A stretch of DNA of 57,887 bases from Catajapyx aquilonaris (lineage: Eukaryota), in contig JYFJ02002672.1 of NCBI GenBank assembly GCA_000934665.2, positions 1-57,887 on the forward strand, read 5' to 3'. Made by a program: the position numbers and the translations under genes. The notes below the pieces were generated by a model. The model searched no databases. It worked only from the letters and a program-made list of their open reading frames with translations, and was not told the origin of the DNA. The stretch's first letter is position 1. The number at the start of each line of letters is the position of its first letter. Shown here one piece after another: positions 48,601 to 57,887 of the stretch.

Positions 48601-49463
48601 TCAACACCAGGAGGAAATCTCTAGCTTTATTGCCCTCAATCTGGTGAGGGCTCTTCACAGGCGCAAAAAGGTCTTGGGGAAATACCCATCTCACATCATA
48701 CTGTACCGGGATGGGGTGGGTTTAGGCCAGGTAAGTTATTGCAATTTGAGTGTTTTTATGTCTTTTATAGTTCTCAATTTCTACTCTTAGTAGATGCCAT
48801 AATATTTGAAGCAAAGGAAATTACAAGTTTCTATTGTCATTTATTTCGGGATATTTTCAAATGCTTTTATGATCACTCAAAGTGAACCAAGCTAATTTGC
48901 CGCTTGTGAAACAACCAGTACCACATGCTGTCATTAGATATTTTTTAGTGTGGTTCGTATTGTGCTTTCCTGACCTTCACTTCTCTCAACCACAGGTTGG
49001 CATGGTGCGGGACCATGAAGTTACCCAGATAGAACAGGCCCTGAAGGGCATCTATGGGCCAAGTGGTGTCAAGTTTGCCTTTATCATCGTGAACAAGCGT
49101 CTGAACACAAGAATCATGTGGCAGGTGGAAAATCAAGGGCCAATTGTTAACCCATGCCCTGGTACTATTGTAGATGATGAGATCACTCTGCCTGAGAGAT
49201 ATGATTTTTACCTCATCTCTCAGACAGTAAGGCAGGGCACTGTTTCCCCCACCAGTTATTCTGTCATTTATGACACCCTGGGTATAAAACCAGATTTTAT
49301 GCAACGCCTGACCTACAGGTTCTGCCATCTGTACTATAACTGGACTGGTACAGTGAGTGTGCCAGCACCTTGCCAGTATGCCCACAAACTTGCCTACATG
49401 GCAGGGGAATACAATCTGACAGATGTTAAGCCTGACTTGGATGACACACTCTACTATCTGTAA
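45660..49463 (+). CDS. piwi: PIWI-clade Argonaute (Piwi/Aubergine-like); 4 coding exons, ~884 aa
   Basis: Exons 45660-45945, 46493-47742, 48080-48730 and 48996-49463 (2655 nt, phases consistent). N-terminal GRGRGRARGRARG repeat (sDMA/Tudor-binding type). N domain: GTSGRRVNLITNYF, QYRVDFSP. PAZ: TRYNNKTYRIDDIDW, SYIDYY, LVPELC. MID: LYGAVKR, PSQVV, QMNCKLGGAPW. PIWI: VGFDVYH, QEEIS, YRDGVG, DFYLISQ, QGTVSPTSY, CHLYYNW, PAPCQYAHKLA. Ends LYYL*. Exact paralog identity (piwi vs aub) cannot be resolved by eye. Confidence 0.96.
47879..48008. mobile_element. Tc1/pogo (Tigger-like) MITE in piwi coding intron 2
   Basis: TA|CAGTTGAATCCGGATATAACAG ... CTGTTATATCCTAATTCAACTG|TA. Confidence 0.8.
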
Positions 49464-49670
49464 GACAGATGTGTGTCATGGTACAGTACATTCAATAGCT
49501 GTTGCATCCTTCAAGGCAGGAAATTTCAAATTGGCACCCTTAGCTGTAGTGGAAAGTTTTTCACTTGGTTAGGCCTACTTCTAATTTACCTAAATTACAT
49601 AAATAGGTTCTTGGTGTTTTTCTTTGTCATAATATGATTTTCTGTGACTGATATGCTTCAATTATAAGTA

Positions 49671-50023
49671 CTATATTTTTTTTGTATTACCCCTTGCCAC
49701 CCCTTATGGGGTATTCGGGGAGAGCCATTGCTGCTATACGCAATCGATTTAAGTCCGATATAAACTTCGACCATGTTAGAAGTGCCCGGGCCTACGGGCA
49801 GGGGGAGTGGGAGGGGATGTGCAAGGTGCAGTGCATCGACTAATGCGGTCATTTTGTGTTCTCCCCTGAGTGGCTTAGTCTGTCGGAAATACCACCCGAA
49901 ACGAAGCCAGAGACAACCCAAGAACTCTGCACAAGATGAAAGGGATAACCCCGGGTTGGGTTCGAACCCGGGACCTTAACATCCGTGGGCGCGTACGTTA
50001 CCGCATCGTCACTTTGTCTCCCC
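49671..50023 (-). mobile_element. SINE family S3, copy 2
   Basis: Homologous to 43929-44168, with B box GGTTCGAACCC and an A-rich tail. Perfect 12-bp TSD CAATTATAAGTA at 49659-49670 and 50024-50035. Confidence 0.85.
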
Positions 50024-50203
50024 CAATTATAAGTAAAACTGTGCTACCTTGGGTTTCCTTATAGCGTGATGTTCAGAAATATTTGCTGTACACAATCTCA
50101 TATTTTTTGGGTTAAAATATGTGTACAAGAGTGGCTCATTTTCTAAAGACCCTGGCCAGTTTTTTCAGACTATTTGCTGAATTAATTTTTAAGTCGGATT
50201 AAT

Positions 50204-50529
50204 GATTTTTTTAGCTATTTACCTCTCTCCCTCATTCCGCAGGGAGGGAACCTTTATTTTATTTGCTGCACATTTTGTACAAACAGTATATAATGGATCT
50301 TTTGATGTAGTGCCCGGGCAGGGTGACTGGGAGGGGATGTGCAAGGTGCAAGTGCAATTCTCAAACGGTGAACTCCCCCGGGTGGATTACTCTGAGATTC
50401 CACCCGAGACGAAGCCAGAGACGGACCCAACTCTGTTCGAGATGAAGGGGGGAACCCCGGGCTGGGATCGAACCTGGGACCTTAACATCTGTGGGTGCAT
50501 ACGTTTCCCCAGCGCCACTTCGCCTCCCC
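50204..50529 (-). mobile_element. SINE family S3, copy 3
   Basis: Head and body homologous over 50312-50529. 12/13 TSD: AAGTCGGATTAAT at 50191-50203 and AAGTTGGATTAAT at 50530-50542. Confidence 0.8.
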
Positions 50530-51192
50530 AAGTTGGATTAATACATACACTGTACTCCTGATTGACCATAGATGTTATATTTCTTTGTATGCGAGATGTT
50601 AACATTTCGTGGGCTGAGAATCATCTTCGGTTATCTCCACTTTTCAACGAAATCGAGCCAACAGCGGATTGACATTGGATGTGTTATGTTCGTTCATATC
50701 CACCCAACATAGGTTGTAATAACGGCATCATAAACCTTCTGAGAGTTGGAAACAGTTTCGTTCAAGTCCACAAGTGACCAGAATTATTCAGTTCTGAATA
50801 TGTAAATGACTCTCCTGAAAAAAATGAAAAAGTGGAGATAACCGAAGATGATTCTCAACCAGCGATTTTTTCTGGCTTTAATTATTAACTTTATTTTACG
50901 GCGATGCACGGATAATAATCCGCACTCAGATAATCCAGTGTACACTGCACATTCTTTCACAGCATTATCGCATGATTGTGGGGTAGCAAGTGATGGCCAG
51001 CGGCTCAAATGACCAATTTGGGTGATTTTTAAAGCACTTAATTAAGTAAAAGGTTTCCTGGTACTGTACCATATGATTTTCGTGCACGTGTTTGTGCATC
51101 GTGCTCTTTAGCTTTCTTTACAACGAACACTTCCAAAATCCAGAAGATTTTTTAATGCTGACAGGACAATATTTTTTTGGGACTGCTTTTGG

Positions 51193-51257
51193 ATGGGATA
51201 AATGCCTGAACATGATATACATATTTAATTGTTACCGTGTTCAGGCATTTATCCCAT
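51193..51257. repeat. 65-nt hairpin with a perfect 20-bp stem
   Basis: ATGGGATAAATGCCTGAACA / TGTTCAGGCATTTATCCCAT. Confidence 0.7.
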
Positions 51258-54195
51258 TTTAAAAAACCTTTCTCGTAAATTATGCAAATCAATCATCATC
51301 ATCATTCATGAAAATGAAATGCTGTATGTGTATACTTTTCATTCATCATTCATTACACTCGCGGCATATTCCCGTGATTATGCGTATGATAATATTCCAA
51401 AACCTGAAGTAATCTGAAACACTTTCAGTCCCAAGTATTTGGATAAAGTATTCTCAACTTGTAATTGCTTGCAAGTAAACAAGCCACATGCAAATTGTTT
51501 TACTCTGGAATATTTGGTTTTGTAATCATTGTTATCCTGTATGATATTAATACTAATAAAACAAAATGCATTGTAGCACCATCCTGATGTTTTAATATGA
51601 AAATGTTTATGGTAAACAGTCTGCTGCAAAAGCCTTCGAAACCATGATGAACTGAAATGAAAATAAATATTTGCAGATGAAAAATGTGAGTACCGTATGC
51701 AAATATTTAGGGCCAGTGAACGAATTATTGGTATACCAAAATGTGGTAATTAAATGAGGTAATGATTAAAAATCATAGTCTTGAGAGATAATGTAATTGG
51801 TATTGTCAACCTCAGCTCTGGTCTGACTGGAGAATCTTTCTTTTACGGCCTCCCTGCCAATAAGACATGGAACGCATAGAGATAAAAAAGACAGTCCTAC
51901 TAGAGTTATGAGACAAAAGAACCTTCACCCATTTTCAGAAATCCTGATCACACATTGGTTTCTATAGACCTAGACGTTTTTATAACTTCGAAATTTTACA
52001 ACCACAGCGGCTTGACCTGGTTCAGCAACTAACACTGCCATAAAATCCAAAGAACTGGAAATCCAAAATTAGGCATGAACCTTGAGTCTTCGGATTACTT
52101 TTAAGTATCAACTTTTTTTTTGTCTACAATCTAACTTTGTGGGTCGCTGTCCTCTCATTTTTGTGTGTGTGAGTGTCTGTACCATACCATGTAGTAGGTT
52201 ATAGACGCGCTACCTAGTAATCAAGACGGTCATTATAATGGAAATTGTTTCCGGAGAAGCTGGTCAAAGAGGTCAAGTGCGATGTCCGAGGTATCCACAG
52301 GGAACTGGAGTTTTAATACTTCCGGGATGGCCACATGTCAAGAAGCTATAGCAGGCGACGATGCCAGATATGCTATAACAGCATTTGGTGCATTTAATAT
52401 TTTTTCTATAAAAATGTCAAATTATTTATACAAAAAATAGATATATTTGAAACTTGCAACTAACCTTCACAATTTTTCAACTACGTACTATAGTAGTACC
52501 CTCGGAAAATTAGCCTTTTGCGCAGATTACACCTAATTGAATTCGAAAGCCTTATTTGCTGAAAAGACGTCTTGATGTTCGGCACTCCTTTCATTTTTAA
52601 TGATCTCCCTCTCAAAAGGATGTCGACGCTTACCTTTGACGTTCGCAAATAAAACCTCACAGATATATTTACCAGACGGAATCAATTATATTCCCGCGAC
52701 CGGATGGGACAAAAGTAAATATGTCAGAAACACCGTGTAATTGGACACCTTTCATCTCATTTGGTGACATCTTGTATGCCGCCTCCTAATAGCATTTCCG
52801 CCTCCGGTTCCGGTTCAACAATGGGCCGTCCTGAAATAATGGCAACATACTAAACAGGCCCTGCGGGTATCCTACAAACATGGGAAACATTTTCTGGCTG
52901 ATATCCGACCTAAATTTGCAGGCAGGGACACAACAAAAAATGTGTTTGTTTTTTTTTCAACACCCAAATCAAGGTTGGACGTGGATTGCGGCCAACATGA
53001 ACCTCCACTCAATGGGGAATTCCTGCCTGGCACTAAAGCAATAGCCTTCACCTATTACCCTCCACTAGCCTCTGCAACTTTGCTAGTCCCAAGCCACCGG
53101 ACACTATACAAAATGGAGTCGACTCATTTGATCCCACAGTTTGCCCCACTTCTACACTTAAGCTAGAAGTAGTTGTTAAAAGACATAGATTGTTGGATGA
53201 AACATTATGGTCACCATCCTGAATTTATGAAATATTTCTGAGGCTGTAACGACCACACGACAGAAATGGAGAGTAATCAGACTAGTTGCCTAGGAAACCC
53301 TGTCGGCATCCCTGAAATGACATCGCATTAATAGTGTAATCTAGGATTGAATGGTGCTATAATTGGTGTCATGGGGGCGAGGCTCGTGGCGGAAGAAGCT
53401 CTTTATATGTGCTTCAGAAAGCTCGTTGACCCAGTTAAAAGAAATCAGAAACGGACCAGCCTTGAATTCTCATGGTACTGTACCGGTACACCTACGCACT
53501 GACAAGGTATACAACCAAAGAGCGTTTCAATAGCTCTTCAGAATTTACTTTGAGGGTTTATTCTGGACCTTTGATTAGCTGTCAGTTGTAATCCCACCAA
53601 AAACCTTTCTGTAAAAAATGGCCAAGTTCTCCGACTGCTTGGCCGTCAAAAGTGGTGAGATCTGAAATACGGCATCACACAGATTGCCTCTTCCCTTCTG
53701 ACCTTCTGTACCTATTTCACAAAAGTTATGAGAGATAGATCGTGTCGAGCCAACTTTTTTTCCCAGGGTTCAAGGAACTCGTCAAAGGTGCCTTGGGAGA
53801 GGCTGCATCGCTATTACTTCCCCCCAAACCCCCTTCGTTTCCTTCCTTCCTCTCAAAGAGTTACATGCGCCGCAACTCGCTCGTGCACATCCCCATCGGA
53901 TATAAGCTGCTCTTTCAACAACCTACACCACCAACCGAAAAGCACGGGATTTTCAAGGAGAACATGCATTATTAAAAGCCTGGGGTCACCTCTGAAAAAT
54001 TATCAGACACTCACTAGATGTCGTTATCACACCGAGATATGACGTCACACTATTTAATTTTTAAACGTTTAAAAGGTATTGTTGTTGACAAAAATTGGTA
54101 TTAAAAATTAATATTCATTACTTATATAAATCAGTTATTTAAAACAAACAAATTATTATTCTTTATATTTATTTATGTATTTTTATTAATTTTTT

Positions 54196-54422
54196 AAAAT
54201 ACCCCGTGATAGGGCGGAGGTTCCCAAGGGAGGGCGCTGTAATTATTATAGTCATTTCTGACTTTCTGAAAATGCACCAGACCTTTTCTCCTGGCCCTGG
54301 ACAGAGTATGGTGCAATTCAGCCCCGGCATGTCGGGTGAAAAGCGGAAAAAGACCCGGCCAAACAGAGGTGACGGGGACTTGGTTGGCCAGTGGCGTATC
54401 CACCAGACAACCATGCCTCCCC
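54196..54422 (-). mobile_element. SINE family S2, copy 2 (B box deleted)
   Basis: Reverse-complement homolog of 43491-43767 that lacks the GGGGTTCAAATCCC segment. AT-rich tail toward ~54150 and TTAAAACAAA on both flanks. Confidence 0.75.
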
Positions 54423-54742
54423 TTAAAACAAAATTAAAATAAATAATTTATAAAATAGCAAAACATTAAACAGTGGGCTACTGGAACAGGAAAAGCCCAA
54501 TCATTGAGCTTAAAAAATTGCTGGAGTTTGTCTCCTTAAAAAAAACCCAAACAACTTGTTCCAGGAAACAATTTTCCACCGAGTTATCTCCAAAGCTTTA
54601 TCTTCATTTGAGATGTCTCCTGGCAAAAATATTCGTGCAATAATCGCACAGAGTGTTTATGAACTCCTGGGCAAATAACTCTATTAGTCTACTCACAATA
54701 GGCATTTAGCTCCATTAAGGATTGTGTCAAAAGTGGCAAGGG

Positions 54743-54746
<4 letters not shown>

Positions 54747-54783
<37 letters not shown>
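54747..54783 (+). repeat. Poly(A) run of 37 nt
   Basis: Read directly from the sequence; no parent retroelement was recognised. Confidence 0.8.
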
Positions 54784-54784
<1 letters not shown>

Positions 54785-56826
54785 ACAGATAAAAAAAGTA
54801 CAGAAACGTGGAAGTTACAGGGCTGGCTTCCAGTAAATCTTTTGCCTAGGAAGACTTAGAGTTTTACTGGGAGTTATATAGTAGATCGGTCGTTGACCCG
54901 GGTTTTCAACTGGAGATGGACCAAAACTGAAGCCCCCCTTTAATAAGGAAGAGGATTTAGAGATGGTATATTCATCATTGGAACTAATCCCAACTTGTCG
55001 AAAATTTAACGAGATAGCTTATTATTAGAGTGAAAACTATTAAATTGAAAGTAATTTTGATAACCTACTGGCAAGTGTCCACGGTACCTGGTATGTCGCA
55101 TGTACAGTCTGCTCTGAAAATACGTTGTAAATTGACACCCCCCTTTTGTGATCCTTTTGCGAGTAAGTGGAAACCAAGTTGGAACAAATTATTGAATGGT
55201 TTTCTTGGAAGAGTTGAAAGGTTAAAAGCTCTTAGAGTGGCATCTGCACTCGTATAGATGTGGAGGGGAATGGCCAAAATTCGTTTCCTAACCAGCTTCT
55301 AGCATCATCTCCCTGGAGTATAACCTTTGTACATATAGCAAATTGTTATTTAAATATGGGATTGTTGGAGGATATATGCCGCAATGTACACTTCATCAGT
55401 CAGGATTTTATGTACTTATCTGCAAAATTTAAATATGACTCATTATATTTGACATTTTTTTGATAGGATTGAGCACAGATTTGGGCTGTCCAAAAGCTGC
55501 TTTTGATGTTATATGACAAAGCTTTCTGAATAATAGTTCGCTTAATAATTCATCGCACAGGTTACATAGCATCATGTTTACCCTTTCCGGACGGAAATTA
55601 CCTTTTAAAAAAACGACAAAAGGCGCCATAAGCAAGGCATGTGGGTGTTCCCACGGACATAATGAGCATTTGAATTTGGACAATAAAAAGGTGACGCCAT
55701 TGCTAAGTCGACACCCCTGCGGGTACAACAACCTCAGGGTCAGTGTCCAGACAAACCTTATGTCCACAACTCTTACTCTATGCCAATATTATGAGTCACA
55801 ATATCCAGACCCTCCGGTGATATGTCAGAAATTATGGTAAACAAGTGGGCCAAATTGAACTTTGATGGTGAATATTTGCAATTCAATGCGGGGACAACGA
55901 ACTGACCTCTGGCGACAATATGCCTAACCTTTTCGGCAATAATGGCGGGTTAAATGTATAATCTTTTGAACGAAATAGTACTTTTCTCGTGTTAACGAAC
56001 TTGAGATAAACAAATGGTACTTTAAACAAACTTTGCTTGTTTTTCTGTAGTACACTGTACTCTCAAGTATCTGGAATGTTGTTTCGACTAAATGGAAGTG
56101 AGCTCCATCTGGTAGCCGCAGGAGATTACGCACAACGTGTGGGCCTCTACTAATTTGCACCCTGAAGCCAAGGACACCAGGAAACTAAAGCCCGACATCG
56201 TGTTACACTCGGTTTTTAGTGCCTCAGAACTACAGGGTCTGGTTATATGCTAAGCAGGAAGGTTCATTTGCTTACAAGGGGGGGGATTATAAGTGAACGT
56301 TATGAAAGCTTTTCGAATGTTTCATAGCTTCCAGGCATTTGGTGGTCACAAGAGTGACTGTTTGCGAACAAATCCGATCCGGAGAACTTTACAAAGGCTG
56401 CTTTTGCTAATGGCATCAAGAGAATATGAGCTTACTTTGTACTCGGCTGATAGATTTTCGGTTTAATGGCCGAAGAATCCGGTTTTATTTAAAATTGAGG
56501 GCAGGTTCAAAAAAATCCTGACATTTTTTTTTCTTCCTGGATGCGAACTATCCTAGCAATATGGCCGTGTTAGTAACGTTTACTCAAACTATTAAACCTT
56601 CACCTTGATGAAATTGGCTTTGGGAAGAGCACACAAACTTGCTTGTCCATCTTAATGTGACAGCCAGTTGGCAGAATGAATGTCAATAAGGCTGGTAAAT
56701 ACCACTTTCTGGAGAAGTGGAAGAACTTTGAAGCCTTCTGAATTATTCTGCAGGCCAGCTCCACAAGTTTCAACCTTGACCCTTAATGTAAACCAAGCTT
56801 ATATGCGGTATACTTAAATATTTAAA

Positions 56827-56954
56827 ATTTACATAGCTTTACATAGCTTTACATAGCTTAAAATTTACATAAAATGACACAGAATAATTCATTTCAAAAA
56901 TGAGAGCTATTTTTATTGCATCAAAATGCATCAATTGCATCAAATTGCATCAAA
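56827..56954. repeat. Short tandem repeats (TTTACATAGC)x3 and (ATTGCATCAA)x4
   Basis: 10-bp units read directly from the sequence. Confidence 0.7.
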
Positions 56955-57084
56955 ATGGTAGCCCTTAGGTGACGTCATTGGCTGGTGATAAGCCTGTTCT
57001 CCATTTCCCCCCAGCCGGTGACGTCACTCAAGGCCTACGTCTTCTTACTCTATCACGTCGATTTGCACTTCTGCCGCATCAGAA
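56953..57084. mobile_element. Foldback family A, copy 3 (truncated, empty centre)
   Basis: TGACGTCA at 56970 and 57019 flank the uninterrupted spacer, in reverse orientation relative to copy 1. The right arm matches 11596-11666. Confidence 0.7.
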
Positions 57085-57887
57085 CTAATTAAGACTTACC
57101 TGTCACCATGTCCCAAACAAAACCAGCAAAGTTGCGTCAATATTTACTGGGAGCTATGTTGTTGGCTGAAAAGAAAGCCCCTGCTTCTCTTTAGAGGAGT
57201 TCAGTGGTAAACAAAATTAGATGAAGTTAGGTTTTCAAAATGATTCCTGGAACCAATAATTAAGCCTCTTAATTAACTTCGGGTAAATCGACTGTAAATA
57301 AGAAGTTACGCGTCTCATTTCCTGGATTAAAAGCTTGATAAATGAAATATTTTCATCTCATTCTACGAACTGAGGATTACTTCAGACCATCTGTCACGTT
57401 CAAAGAATTTTCTAAGAATTCACCTCCTTGTAGAATTACCAAGAAATTGTGAAACCAACAACGTTATCATCTCATGGCACATGAGCCATTTACAGATCCA
57501 AAAAAAAAAAACTTCTAAGAATTAACCCCCGCATTTTTTTTTAAATTCCCAATATCAGGCTTCAAATGACACCCACAACAAAACTCGTGCTGATAATACG
57601 TCCCACGCCTTTATTCCAGAGTTCAGGTAGTCCTGCACACTTCACAGGTACAAAAATATCGTGCATTTTTTAATGCGCTTCCATTCACAAGTTTTGCAAT
57701 TCACAATGGAAGCCATTTCACACTAACCTCTTCCAGCAATACTTCGCTTCATCATTTTTTGGAGACAAAAATGTCACTTGACACATCAAATATTAACACC
57801 ATCATAAATAAATATTATTATGAAAAAACCTCTAATACTTACACAAAAATAAGATTGACTAGGTATGACTGGACGAACCTTGAATTC

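Noticed and set aside
45660..49463. Prokaryotic Argonaute defence system
   Set aside because: Spliceosomal introns, the RG-repeat N-terminus and PIWI-clade motifs identify an animal Piwi.

Overview
This is eukaryotic DNA from an animal, most likely an arthropod judging by the protein sequences and the many ~55-75 nt GT-AG introns. Four spliced protein-coding genes can be rebuilt with consistent intron phases. (1) A 23-exon rdgB-alpha/PITPNM lipid-transfer gene (+, 21624-31333, ~1288 aa; PITP, FFAT, DDHD and LNS2 domains), probably with a non-coding first exon near 200-431 and so a ~21 kb first intron. (2) A 2-exon soluble cytochrome b5-domain gene (-, 15942-16461), which would be nested antisense in that intron. 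(3) A 6-exon, strongly diverged PIG-B/ALG9 (GT22)-like membrane protein (-, 36809-39209, ~596 aa) whose conserved PDE motif reads PSE. (4) A 4-exon Piwi/Aubergine-clade Argonaute (+, 45660-49463, ~884 aa) with an intact DEDH slicer tetrad. The non-coding DNA holds many non-autonomous elements: MITEs and foldbacks resembling Kolobok, hAT, PIF/Harbinger, P/Galileo and Tc1/pogo types, three tRNA-derived SINE families with target-site duplications, several nested insertions and a possible solo LTR. The best leads are a 24/27-nt candidate microexon directly after the rdgB FFAT motif, the GT22 pseudo-enzyme candidate, a SINE family with three different 3' tails, and a CRE-pair foldback family that twice received insertions at its centre. 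Family and superfamily assignments come from motif recognition only; no database search was run.
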